A DNA stretch of 64,000 bases from Octopus sinensis (lineage: Eukaryota). Positions 12,316 to 26,059 of the stretch are shown piece after piece. The stretch lies in NCBI RefSeq assembly GCF_006345805.1, contig NC_043006.1, positions 68,634,001 to 68,698,000 of the forward strand, read 5' to 3'. Under the pieces are notes generated by a model that saw nothing but the letters and a program-made list of their open reading frames with translations, was not told where the DNA came from and did not search any database. Both the position numbers and the translations under genes were made by a program. Numbering within the stretch: the first letter of the stretch is position 1; the number at the start of each line of letters is the position of its first letter.

Positions 12316-13235
12316 ATATATATATTTATATATATACACATATCTGTATGTATGTATTTATATATGTACATATGTATGATAGGCTTCTTTCAGTTTCTAT
12401 CAACAAAATACACACTCAAGGTTTTTGTTGGCCCAAGGCTATAATAAAAGATACTTGTCCAAAGGTGCTATGCTGAGAGACTGAACCCAGGACCATGTGG
12501 TTGGGAAGCAAACTTCTTACCAAACAGCCACACCTGCACCTGTGGTTCAGAAAACACTGTGTTTGTTAAGCAGCAAATTTTGAAACTAGAAAGAATGTGG
12601 AACAATAAGTTTTGTAAGCGTTAGAAAGTCAGCGATAAGATGTGCTAATCCTGTGTCAGGTTGTTATTAAACACTAATGGAACATTGTTTAGCAAAGTGC
12701 AACGAAGTCAGTTGGCAAACGGTGAAGCTGTAATCATCAGTTGTTAGTGGTTAAGCTACAAGACAAAAGCTGCTATAGAAATGTCAGTTAATTCTCTATC
12801 AAAGGGAGCAGTCACTAACGACCAGTTACCTACCTACCTTGGCCATCCTAATTACAGTTTCCTTAATTATATCTCACAGCAATTGTCATATATTAACGAC
12901 ATAGTTGACAAATATTTTTCCAGTGTCAAATAGGAGGCATTTTACACTGGTGTAACAATGAAGTTTATCAACCAGACACGTTGTGAGACACATCAGAGTT
13001 AATATCTAGTTGGTGTTGCTGTTTAACCAAAGGTCAACCGTGATTCAACAGACCAATGATCAAAGATGTTCCAGTTATGACTGTCCCAAATTTTGTCTGT
13101 AGACATAGTGTATCTCAAACCATATAATCTAATGTATAATATAGTTGTAGTTTAGCTCCAGCTCAACACTGGAACAAATGATATAGACTTGTGATCATAA
13201 TTTTTCATATATTTATGTATGTACGTATGTATGTA

Positions 13236-13307
<72 letters not shown>

Positions 13308-13315
13308 GGTGTGTG

Positions 13316-13364
<49 letters not shown>

Positions 13365-13389
13365 ACGTATGTATGTACATACATACATA

Positions 13390-13790
13390 CGGTGGTTGTC
13401 TACTCTTTTGAGCACCTTCTGTACCTCCACCTTAGAACCATCATGGCATCTGATGTGGCTTTTTAAACCAGACAATATTTTGAAAAGACACCCACAAATT
13501 GCATGTCTGATTTGGACTACCAAGAGCTGCAGATAAATTCTGATCTTTGTGGATCTTAAAATGTCCCTCCTCAAGATGGTAGAGTATAATTTGGTTGCTA
13601 TATCTAGCAGATCCAGCAGTGCCATAGAGGCTTCCACAAAAGCTCATATGTAGTAGATGTTACGTCTGACTCCCCATACAGCAGAATTTCCAGCTATTTG
13701 AAGAGGGAGAGTTAACCTGAGATATAAAAGAGAAACTGATGTAAACAAACAGCCTGGACATGCTTTTGTGAAATGCTGTATACAAATGAT
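13390..13790 (-). mobile_element. Degenerate RTE-clade LINE fragment
   Basis: C-terminal zinc-finger-like [19 protein letters not shown], plus LLYG and TKIRIY-like RT-thumb remnants. It ends in a microsatellite. Confidence 0.55.
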
Positions 13791-14003
13791 CTTGTTTCCG
13801 CTTATGATAAGTATTCATACCTATCAAGGTGACAGGAAATATAAATTCAGCCATATACACATACATACAAAGAAATTACACACAAAGGCTTCATCCAGTT
13901 TCCATCTGCAATTTAACTCACAATGTATTGGTCAGCCATTGCTTATAGTAGAGGATACCAGCCAATAGCATCTACACGATAAAAATGAACTACTATCTCT
14001 TCA

Positions 14004-14378
14004 TCTTTTATTTGTTTCAGTCATTAGACTATGACCATGCTGGAGCATCCCCTTGGAGAAATTTTTAGCCAAATCAATCGACCCCAGTACATTTTTTTTT
14101 TTAAAGCCTGGTACTTATTCTATCCATCTTTGCGAAACTGCTGTTATGGGGATGTAAACAAACCAATACCTGTTATAAGCAGTGGTGGGAGAGGGGGAAT
14201 AAACATGAACACAAAGATTCACATACACGATGAGGTTCTTTCAGGTATTGTCTGCCAAATCGACTCACAAGACTTTGGTTGACCCAAAGCTATAGAAAAC
14301 ACTTGCCCAAGGTGGGACTGAACACCAAACCAAGTAGTTGGGGAGTTAACTTCTTACCACACAGCCATGCCTGCACCT
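14004..14378 (-). mobile_element. SINE family A (diverged)
   Basis: Colinear but diverged match to family A. Confidence 0.75.
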
Positions 14379-15488
14379 ATACATATATACATACATGCAT
14401 GCATACATACATATATACATATGTTTATATACATACATGTATATATACATACATACATGTATATACATATATATATATATACACATACATACATGTATAT
14501 TCATACATACATGTATATATACATATGTATGTATATACACACATACAGGTGTGCACGCACATACATGTATATATACATATATACACATACATTCATGTAT
14601 ATATACATATATACATACATTCATATACATACATACATGTACATACATACATGTATATATACATATGTGTATGTAGATGTGTATATATATACACCTGTAT
14701 GTGTGTGTTCGTTTAGCAGACGCTAAACGAACACACACATACAGGTGTGCATGCACATGCACATGCCTACACACACTCACACACAGACATATACAATAAC
14801 TTCCGAACAGTATCCATATCCACCAAGTTCCTCTCACAAGGTGAGTAGCAGCAATCCAAGGCTGTAGTAGAAGACATTTGCCCAAAGCACTATGAAACAA
14901 GATTGAAACAGAAAGATTACAAGAAACAATTCAATAAGGAATGGCTCATAAAGTGCAATAAGAAAATATGTGATAATAATAGCTGGGCTAGAAACAGGCA
15001 TCTCTTGTAAGATTTCATTTTGATGAGTTCAAGAGCTGCATTACATTTGACCAAATCATCTATAACAACCTAAATTACTGATGAAATCTTTAAAATAGTG
15101 AATCCTTACAGGTGATGCTTATGTATATAAATAGATTTAACGACATTGGTTTCTGGCTTTGTATTTCCGTTGTGGCCATTGTGCTGATAAGACTGTTGTG
15201 ATGGTGATCTGATAAAATGCACCTGGCCTTATATTATCACAGAGCTTAACAGCAGAGAATATATGCAACTAAAATAAGCTCACACACACAGAAACACCCA
15301 CACATATATATGATGAGTATATAGGTACAGGAGTGGCTGTGTGGTGAGAAGCTTGCTTCTTGCTTTCGAACCACATGGTTCCGGGTTCAGTCCCACTGCG
15401 TGGCACCTTGGGTAAATGTCTTCTACTATAGACTCAGGCTGACACAAATTTGGTGAACGGAAACTGTTAGAATCTTATTGTGTGTATA

Positions 15489-15519
<31 letters not shown>

Positions 15520-15524
15520 GTATG

Positions 15525-15925
15525 TTAAATAAAATGAGACAACAAAACCAAGGTTGTGCGGAATTTATAGGACATTTATAAAGAGAAAGGTAGTCTTACA
15601 GCTGTTTCTGGGACATTAGGGATATTCCTTTATCAGAGCCGATATGAGAGAGTTAAATAGAAGGAAATAGTATTGTTCAATATAAAGAGTTATTTTGGAA
15701 AAGGATGGATATAGGAAGTATAAAGGGAAATAAGAGAATAAAATTAAAAGTTAAAATATATATAGGATGTTACAATTGCAGTTCCATTATGCAAGGAAAG
15801 TGCTGTGTAGAATGAGTAAAGAAGCTTCTTGTCCATGGTATGTAAATTCCGAGAGGAGTTCATATTTGGTTATTACAAGTGGATAGTGTGGAGACATAAG
15901 TTCCATGTGCTGTTCATTCTAAGGG

Positions 15926-15930
<5 letters not shown>
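15525..15930 (-). mobile_element. Penelope-like element 3' relic with a hammerhead motif, inside (TA)n
   Basis: Minus strand shows an NLCL...KKLL remnant resembling the GIY-YIG C-terminus, followed by ggct-CTGATAA-(stem II)-GAAA-cagctg-TA-agac at 15640-15593. Confidence 0.55.
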
Positions 15931-15964
<34 letters not shown>

Positions 15965-16959
15965 CAACATCATTTAACATCCATCTTCCATGCTTGCATG
16001 GGTTATACATGAGTATGAGGGGACAGATTTTTGAAGAGCCAGGATGCCCCTCCTGTTACAAACTCCCACTTATTTCTGAGTGAGGTAATAATCTTCCAGT
16101 CCATACCAAGTAGGGTATAGGGTTTAGTGCTGATGTAATGGTGGTGGTGGGGCTGAAGAGTGTAATGGTGATGTTGCAGAATGTAGTGGTGATGTATTAG
16201 AGGTAGTGGTGGTTGTCGTCATAGGATACTGTAGTGATGGAAACTGTTAATGGATGGCTGCAATGGCGTGATAGTAGCTGCAAGGGGTGGTGTAACTGTG
16301 AGGGTAGTGGTAGGTCAATGAATAGAGAGCTATGGTGGGGTTTACAAACATTGGCCCTATATGTTTGGCAAGGCACTGTTAGATAAATGAAGCAGGACAT
16401 GTGTAGTGATGTTGATAAGAACAGTGAGAGAAAGCAACTGGTGTTGAGCCAAAGCAATTGGGAACCGAGTTTGGTAGTTTAATGATGCCAAGATCAAGTC
16501 TTCTGAAGCCAGAATGTATTAATACATCTGATGATGGTGGTGGTGGTGGTGGTGGTGGTGGTGGTGGTAATGACAATGATGATGATGATAGTGGTGATAT
16601 TAATGGTGGCGTAGTAGTGGTGATGATGGTGGTGGTGATGATGTTAATGATGGGGTGGTAGTAGTAATGATGATGGTGGTGGTGGTGGTGGATGGTTGTG
16701 AAGGTGGTGGAAATGATGATGGTGTTAGTAATGGAGGTGATGATGATGGATACAAGACTTGTATGCATCAGTAGAATTATGTCTAAATCTTACTTAAAAC
16801 TATAAATATATTGTTAAGATAAAGAAATATTTAGCTCCTTTCAACACTGCTACATTTATCAACATCAACTTCATCATCATTATAATCATTATTATTATTA
16901 TTACAATCATTATTATTATAATCATTATTATTATTATTATTATCATCATCATCATCATT

Positions 16960-17151
16960 GCTTTATTTTATCAACCCTGGAGGAATGAAAGGCATGGTTG
17001 ACCTTGGGGAGGAGTTCAAATCCCACCAAGGTTAACTTTGCCTTTCATCCCTCTAGGGTCAATAAAATAAAGTATAATTCATGTACTAGGATTATGGTAT
17101 GAAGAAAACCCCTTCCCTCAAAATTACTTGCCTTGTCCCTATACCAAAAGC

Positions 17152-17199
<48 letters not shown>

Positions 17200-17700
17200 C
17201 ATCATCATTATTATTATTATCATCATTATTTGTTTCCTGAGGTCGACTTTGCCTTTCATCCTTTTGGGGTTGATGAAATAAGCACCAGTTACACACTGGA
17301 GTCGATGTAATCAACTTGCGGTCTCCAAAATTTCAGGCCTTGTGCCTAAAACAGAAAGGATTATTATTATCATTGTTAAGGTGGTGAGCTAGCAGAACCA
17401 TTAGCATGCCAGGCAAAATGGTTAGCAACATTTTGTCCATCTTTACGTTCTGAGTTCTAATTCTGCTGAGATCGACTTTACCTCTCATCCTTTCAAGGTC
17501 AATAAAATAAGTACCATCCAAGGACTTATACTGGGTTTGATGTAACTGATTTCCCCTTCACCTCAAAATCTGTTGGCCCTGTGCCAGCTTTGCTTTTCAT
17601 CCTTTTGGGGCCTTATAAAATAAGTACTAATTGAGCATTGGGATCAATGTAATCAACTTGCTTCTCCCTTCAAAATTGCTGGATTTGTACCAAATTAGAA
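16960..17700. mobile_element. Cluster of partial SINE family B copies interleaved with (TAT)n/(CAT)n
   Basis: Repeated gcctttcatcc and aagtaccag blocks. Confidence 0.75.
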
Positions 17701-20599
17701 AAAAAGTATCATAGCCTACAGTTTAACCATTAGACAACCCAGTGTCACATGAAAACCAATAATTGTAGGCTTAGGTAGTGTAATACAAAGTAGTGCAGGC
17801 TTAGGTAATACAGGCTTAAATAATGCAGCTCAATTAATGTATAACAAGATAATGTAAGCTTAGATAATACAAGCTCAGATAATGTAGGCCTAGATAATTT
17901 AGATCTGGCAGTGTTTCTACAGCTGGATGCCCTTCCTAACACCAACCACTCCGTGAGTGTAGCGGGTGCTTTTTATGTGCCACTGGCACAGGGGCCAGAG
18001 GAGTTTGGCAACGGCCATGATCGGTTGATGCTTTTTATGTGCCACTGGCATGGACACCAGTCAAGGCAGCACAGCACTGGCATCGGCCACATTCAGATGG
18101 TGCTTTTTAAGTGCCATCCACTTTTTATTATAATTCTTTTTTTCTTTATTCTGTTGAAGTGAATCTAACAGGTTTTGTGTGTTTTTAAATGGCTTATAAA
18201 CACCTTCCAGGCTGCAATTGTCTTCATTTTCTTTTTCATTTAAAAAAAAATGTGCAAAAGATGATGTTGAAAATAATGAAAAGCACTTATCTAGATATAA
18301 AGTCTAAACATTGATTAATATAGTGTATAAACAAACATTAATCTAGAGAGCATGTACAAAGCTACAAGATGTTTCTGTGAAAGGAGAGCTAATGTGTAAA
18401 CTCACACAACTCATTTAAAGTGACATAATGTAAGAAATTATAAATAAGCCATTAAAATCTAGAACAGTTAATAAAATATGATTCAAGATTGAACTGCACA
18501 CCTTTATTTCTCCTCTTTCTCTTTCATACAAAGATACATTACATGCACATATGTACGATTAGATTACTCAACATAGCATACTAATGTTTACCACATAAAT
18601 AAATTGTGTACACACACACACATATACATATACACATACATAGAGAGGTATGTGTGTGTGCACATTTACCTGTATACACATACATTTGCATAAGGAGATA
18701 CAAGCATACATGTGTTTACAAACACAGGTATACACATATACACACTTATAAGTGTAATTACTCATGAATTTATCACACAAATAAATATACTTGTGAGCAT
18801 ATTCAGACATGCATATATTTACAAGGAGACACACACAGACAAATAAGATATATTTACTTATGGTTGTTTACACATACACACAAACACAAATTCTGGGAAA
18901 ATGACACAAAAGCATGACCAATACACATTCCATAGAGTAAAAGCACATAATGGTCTATTTTTGAATGCACAGTTGTTGAAAATAATACATTGTCTATTAT
19001 TATTCAAATAAAGAGGAAGGGAGGAAGAAGAGAAGAAGAAAACCACGGAGACATTTATTAAATCTTGTACAATCTTGTACATGGAAGACTCTTTATTACT
19101 GTCCCCATAAGTGTTAATTGTTGTTGATTAGCCTCGGGCTGGCACTGATTAAGCAAACATATGCTCAAAAACATTCCAGCCATGATCATCCTGATTTATT
19201 TTTTTAAAAAGATTGTATAACCAGGACAACATTAGCCAAATGGAAAGGGTGTGATTTGATAAAGTTTTGGTTGGTATTTCTAGCAAAATGAGTTCCTTCT
19301 TGGAGGTATCCTCATTGGTTTATGAAAGTTGGAATATAAGGATAGAAAACTGTACAATTTCTGTTTTATTTTGATTTGCCAATCTTTTATGGTCAAATTT
19401 AGATATGAGATACCAGTGGACAATAATGGACACAACTAAAATATCTTTTACTTGTTCCTAGATAAAGAGATGAAAAAATATGAAAATGCTTGTTATAAGT
19501 ATGTATAAACTCTGAGAGAATGCTAAATAATTCTTTTTTGGAACAGCAGAACTCAAAGCACACAAAGCTATAAATAAAAGTGTAAATACTGGGTTTAAAA
19601 AAACCTTTGGATAAAAAAAAAGTTGAAGGCTGTCCATGGGACTTGAACCCACGTCTCCTGTAAGCATGACAGGTGTTTATGTACAATTATTTTTAAATTT
19701 TGTGTGCTTCAAAATCCACTGTTTTTGAAGCACACAAAATCCACTTCAAAAAACAGAAGAAAAATATTTCATGAGAATATGTTTCATGATTGTATATGTT
19801 ATTGATTAACTCTTAACTTCATGTGTCACACTGTACCAGTCAAGACTACATCAGTCAGCCTGTCCTGAAATGTATGTTATAACAAGAGTCATACTCATTT
19901 TGCTTACATTCATTTTGAAGGATGTGAGTGACTCTATGATCTAAGATAAAAAGCTCAAATCTGTTTTATGATTTATTTCAATTCTGTCACAGGATCATTA
20001 CAGGAGCAGAGGGGAGGGGGTGATTATAATTTGGAAAATTTCCAAGACATTAAAGAGTTAATTTATTATTTGATTGTGGGTGTTTAATTACGAGTATGTA
20101 TGTAGGAGAGTGTTTAATTATGTGTTTATGTGGTGTTTTGAGTATGTGGAACAGCTTGTATATAAGTATGTGTGTGTGTGTGTGTGCGTTGTTTAAATAT
20201 TACAGGAGAGGATAGGAGGTAGGCATGGTGGAGTGGTTGTTAGGTAGAGTCATGGAAGGAAATGGTAGTATTTTCTACAAAAGTAAAGCCTCCACAATGT
20301 TGTTGTGACATTTATAAATTGTCAACTGTAAATATTTAGTAAAGAAAAACTGGGTTATTGATAAGTATTACAGATATTTTTACACAGTGGCATTTGTTGT
20401 TGCAGTGGTGATAGTGGTGGTGGCGATGGTTATTCCAAAAGAAGTCATTGTTGTTGTCTTCCAATACAAGCTCAATGTTACAGCACCTGCCAGTTTCTGA
20501 GAATTTAACAAATGAAGACAATATCTTGGGAAAATTTGGAAGAATTAATTAGATTTCATTGCTAAATATGATTCCACATCAAAACTACAGCTCTTTTGG

Positions 20600-21150
20600 A
20601 ATTGGATATCTGGTGTGTTACACAGTGACACCTCATATGCTATAGGGACATCTGGTTTGTTACACATAGACATCTGGCATGAGTAACACAGTGACATCTA
20701 ATATAAGATATAGTGATACCTGGTGTGTTACATACTAACATCCCATAAGATGTATATACATCTGGTGTGTTGCACACTGATGTTTCGTGTGGCAAACTGA
20801 CGTAGTATTGTATTTTTTTTTTACCATTTTGTCAGGGAGGAAAAGGCAGCGCCCACCGTCCTTTACTTTAGAGAACCTTGAAGATTCAACGGAGGAGAGG
20901 AAAAAGTTCTCAAACCAGAGATCTATACAAAATGCTTGCAGCAGAAGTTACAGATGTTCCACAAAAGTTAGTTTTATACAGTTACATGTGTTGTGTTAGA
21001 CAATGACATCAATATTGTGATATTTTGTGCATTGCACAGTTATACAGTAACATCTCATGTTATACATACAATGATATCTGGCATGTTACACAATGACATC
21101 TAGTGTGTTACTCAGTGATATCTCATATATTTTTATATAGCGATATCCAC
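20600..21150. repeat. Degenerate minisatellite (gtgacatctggtgtgttacaca-like), interrupted by unique sequence
   Basis: Recurrent acatctgg and gttacaca units on both sides of 20790-20970. Confidence 0.65.
20836..20966 (+). CDS. Candidate internal coding exon, unknown product (RKRQRPPSFTLENLEDSTEERKKFSNQRSIQNACSRSYRCSTK)
   Basis: Branch-like ctgac, long T tract + gtcAG acceptor, and AA|gttagt donor. One frame is open (phase 1 to phase 0) and the other two contain stops. Confidence 0.4.
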
Positions 21151-22615
21151 TATATAACTCAGTATCAAATGAGGTTGTTATTGTTAGTAGTAAGCAACCT
21201 TATCCAATGAACCTATGTAACATAGCATCTTTACATCTAACAAACACACAACCATGTTTTAGTAAACCTAATTATTTCTTGGTCTTTTGTTTTTTAAATT
21301 TTGTGTTACTCAAGCAAACTTAATGGTAAATCTAACATACTGAAAGATTTCACAGAAATTAACAAACACTGTGTGTATGTGTGTGTGTTTGTGTCTATCC
21401 AGCACCACTGCAATGACAACAGGTGTTGGTTTGTTTATGTCCCTGTAACTTAGTAGTTTGGTAAAAAAAAAAAAAAACTAATAGAATGTGTTACACAAAT
21501 AAAAAAAAAAAAAAATAAGTACTGAGGTCAAATGGTTTGAATAAGCCCTTCAATACAAAGCCCCAGCATGGCCACAGTCCAATGACCAAAACAAGTAAAT
21601 GATAATACACACACATTACACAAATTCTAGAACAATATTATCCATGAGTGCATGCCTTCATTTTTGAAGATAGTAGAATTAAATTTGAGGGGTATTTGGT
21701 TGGTATTTTTAATAGGTCAAGTGCACATGTAGAGCTGTCCTGGCTAACTTTCTGAATGGCACACTTAATGAAAATTTACTTAATTTCTTTTAATAGTACA
21801 GACTGCCAGCACCATGTAGAAAGCAACAGGCCTGGTTGCCATGTAAAAGAGTACATGTGTCAGCTCCATGTAAAAAAGCACTTGTACTGGTACGCCACAT
21901 AAAAGCACCCAGTACTCTCTGTAAAGTGGTTGATAGTAGGAGGGGCATCTAGCTATAGAAACGATGCCAAAACAGATAACTGTGGCCTGGTGCAGCCTAC
22001 AGGCTTGCTAGCTCCCATCAAACCATCAAACCCACACCAGCATGGAAAATAGACATTAAATGATGATGAGGATGATGATGGTGACTGCCTGATGATGAGC
22101 TTCGTCTCATGCAACCTGCTTCTTGAAAAACAAGTTACCCATTCCTGATTTAGAGAATCTTTTTGATAGCTCATGATTGAACAGTTGTAGCAGTTTAACC
22201 CTAAGTCGACCTTGATTGAGACAGCCTATGATCAAAGACATTCCAGCCATGCCCATCCAATCTTCTACCCAGGTACAATGCATCCACGACTCCATTAACC
22301 AATATGTCCCACTTTAAAGATTTTAAGGTATGATTTGAAGATTTGACTGATATTTCTAGCAGGTTGAAAGATCATGTAGAGTAAGAGTTCAGAATCTTTT
22401 TAATATTGAGGTGGGGGTGAATTACAAGTATATAGGGACTCCTGGAATCACATTTGTGTTGAGGACAATGCAGATGTGACTCCAGTGTTCTTTTTGTACT
22501 GAAGGACAATAATACATCATTTGGGAAAATGCCTTCAACTGTAGCCCCAGGCCAACCAAAGCCTTGTGAGTGAATTTGGTAGACAGAAACTAAAAGAAAG
22601 CCATTGCATACATGC

Positions 22616-22656
<41 letters not shown>

Positions 22657-22880
22657 TGTGTGATAGTGTTTGTGTTTGTCTCCTACCACTGCTTGACAAC
22701 TGGTGTTGGTTTGTTTAAGTCTGCATAACTTAGCAGTTTGGAATTAGAGAATGATGGAATACCAGACTCTGTCAAATAAGTTCTGGAGTCAATTTGTATG
22801 ACTAAACCCTTCGAGGCAGCGTTGCAGCCTGGCTAAGGTCCAATGGCTGAAACAAGTAAAAGATATGAAATTTATATTAA

Positions 22881-23281
22881 CTCTTTTACTTGTTTCAGTC
22901 ATTTGGCTGTGGCCATGCTGGAGCACCGACTTTAGTCGAGCAAATCGACCCCAGGACATATTCTTTGTAAGCCTAGTACTTATTCTATCGGTCTCTTTTG
23001 CTGAACTGCTTAGTTACGGGGGACGTAAACACACCAGCATCGGTTATCAAGCAATGTTCGAGGGAGAAACACAGACACACAAACATGTACACACACATAC
23101 ATATATACATATATACGACAGGCTTCTTTCAGTTTCTGTCTACCAAATCCACTCACAAGGCTTTGGTCGGCCCGAGGATACAGTAGAAGACACTTGCCCA
23201 AGGTGCCACACAATGGGACTGAACCCAGAACCATGTGGTTGGTAAGCAAGTTACTTACCACACAGCCACTCCTGCACCTAT
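22881..23281 (-). mobile_element. SINE family A, tail-to-tail with a partial plus-strand copy at ~22530-22865
   Basis: Full-length match to family A. Confidence 0.9.
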
Positions 23282-24049
23282 AACTATTAAATTAACTATT
23301 TAATATAATTTTCATAACCTTTATTAAGGCTAAAGGTTTTCAGAGAATTTATTCAAGGATAACATCAGATCTAAATATGGGCAAAATGTTGAGCACAAGC
23401 CGGAGGATCCCTACTTCTGACATACCAGAGCCTTTATAGGTGACTCATGAGGGTGCAGTTATATTTGGTAGGGTAGTATAGTTTGTTTTTTTGTTTTTTT
23501 CCATATTGGTTTAATCTAGAGGTGGGAGCTGTCCTGTGGCTTTCATACTCCATGGGAGATGATGTCGTTAATGTCTGGCTTTAACTGTTGATACATAAAT
23601 AACTAGGACAGCTGGTGTATAAGACAGCTGTGCAGCGCCGAATACATACCAAGGTAGGCAATGCCATGCAGTTGAAAGTTCAATGGCAATACAAGGTGTG
23701 TTAAGTTAGAGTTGATAGTTTAAAATCAGTGTAACTGTATGAGCAGATGTTTGTGAAATGGTTAGTGTGATGTTGCAGAAAAACATACTTATTAAACTAA
23801 TTACAGATTAGACTATGGAGAATAAAATTGGCACAGAGATATTAAAATATAAATCTAAATAATGGTAACAACTATATTTCACTTAATATTTTTCTAATTA
23901 GTAGATATGTGTAATGATCATATACGTGTGTGTGTGTGTGTGTGTGTGCAAAGTCACACAGGAAGGAAAGGCAAATAGACAGATGGCTGGTGTGTGGGAG
24001 AGACATATAGAAACACACAGGAAGGAAAAGCAAACAGCCAGATGGCTAT

Positions 24050-24099
<50 letters not shown>

Positions 24100-24514
24100 T
24101 GTGTGTGTGTGAGCGTGTACATATATAATTTCACTATTTCACTTGATCATATTTAATGTGTATAACATTTAAGTACGTTTCAAACGTATTAAAGCTTTGG
24201 AATAAAAATAGTAGTGTTTGGCATTATAGCTAAACATTTTGTTGTCAATTTATAAATTTTGTTTAGTCTGTATGTCAAACATGAGCAACCATTTTTGGGA
24301 AGTGGGCCACATGAGACATGGATCGTTGTCAAGCAGGATGCACTACTTAAAGAAAATTCAAGGTAATTTTTCTTTAGCTGTGTTACTGAGAAAAAACTGT
24401 AGGCCACAGTTTATCCTTTACTGCTAAATATCAACAATGTTAAGTTAAGTATTTCATGTGTGTGTGTGTGTGAGTGAGTGGGAAAGACAGAAGGCAAGCA
24501 GGCTAATAGTTAGG

Positions 24515-24782
24515 GTAGGGGTTCTCAACCATTTCTTATCTATTGACCCCTTTGATTATTCTTTAATTCTAGTGGGTCCCCATAGCCATTCAACATTTAA
24601 AAACTAGTTTTATAGAAACTTCTTTCAAAATTCTATTATGTTATTCACACATTTACTTGTACAGGTTGAACTATGTAAAGTGTTAGAGAAAGAAACCTAG
24701 CTGTTTTTTGCAATATATACCAATACATACATCTGAAGTAAAATTTTTCCAGGGATCCATAAAATATTATTATGGATCCCCA
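24515..24782. mobile_element. hAT-like MITE fragment (same family as 46230-46913, 47483-47708 and 51930-53103)
   Basis: ggttctcaacc terminus and shared gacccctttgattattc/tagccattcaa internal sequence. Confidence 0.6.
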
Positions 24783-26059
24783 CATATAGTTCCAGGTTCA
24801 GTCCCACTGCATGGCACCTAGGGCAAGTGTCTTCTACTATAGCCTCGGGCCAACCAAAGCCTTGTGAATGGATTTGGTAGACAGAAACTGAAAGACAGGA
24901 ATAAAGCTTTTACTGTGGAGTGGATAACTTGATTTGCATATCTATACTTCAGATGGGAAAAGAGTGCTAGAGTGTCAAATGATTGAAACAAGTAAAAAAA
25001 TAAAAACATAAAACCCTTATGCATTGGGTATCAGTGCATGAGGAATTGATTCATATATATTACATTTACCAAGTCAAGCTAGACAATCTGAATTTTTTTT
25101 TCTGTTCTTAGCATGCTGAGAGCTCAAAATTATCTAGGCATGCTAAAGGCAACCTAAGAACCCTGGTTACCACCAGCTTTCTGAATTGAGTTCATCCAGT
25201 GCTTGGAACATTTACACCCTTCTTGCCAATACTCCATAAAACTCCTTACCCTCAGAAGGGTTTAATAGAGTGTAGAGGAAACTCTTTTTTGGTTTCCTTA
25301 ACACTTTAAAGGAAGTGTTGAAGAAGGATATTGGTCAGAACTGACCAGTTGATGACACCCTCTTTTCTTTAGGCATCTGCAGGCCCTCTGCCAAGCACAA
25401 TTCCTCTTTCATGGTTCCATTTTTCTGTACTCACTCAAAGTCACAAGACTTTGAAGACACCAGGGCTATGATTGTAAATCTCCTATGTGATACTGTTGTT
25501 ACTAGGACAACTTTTGGATCTTACGTTCTGCACAAACATCTTGACTTATATAAACATTATACATATGTTAAACATTAAATAGTATATATGTAGCTAATTT
25601 GGGATAGAAGGGGACGGCAACTCAGTGTAATGTAGTTGGTAAAGAGGTCAGCTGGCACATGATAGATGTAGTTTCAGTTCCCTGGAGGGTTCGTTGTTGT
25701 TTTTCCAATGTTAAATTAGTGCTTAGGTAGCTATAATGTTTAATATTGTTTACATTAAATATCTTAGCCATTAATTTCTAATTTTTCCCATACATACACA
25801 CCCATATATACACACACAAGTATAATAGATTTGCAAAGTAGTACAAAGCAAAAGGGACTCAATATAATATTTGCAAGTAGTACAGTATATATTGCAGTCA
25901 AAACTATAGACATGCGCAATAGAGCTTAACATAGGAAATTGTGTAATGTTATGTGATTCCATAACTGGATGATGCAAGGCAGTACACATAATCAGTTATC
26001 TGTCATGCATCAGGGGTGTTCTCTTTGAAATTCTTAAGGAAATATTTGAACATGTGTTG

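Noticed and set aside
12738-12823. Imperfect fold-back as a possible pre-miRNA
   Set aside because: Only ~13 bp pair, several of them G.U, around a long loop, and I recognise no miRNA seed.
16379-16768. His/Pro/Gly-rich ORFs (also 40715-41064)
   Set aside because: These are (GGT)n/(GAT)n trinucleotide low-complexity tracts with no splice or domain support.
20600-21150. Regularly spaced short repeats resembling a CRISPR array
   Set aside because: The units are degenerate tandem minisatellites without unique spacers, in a eukaryotic context with no cas genes.
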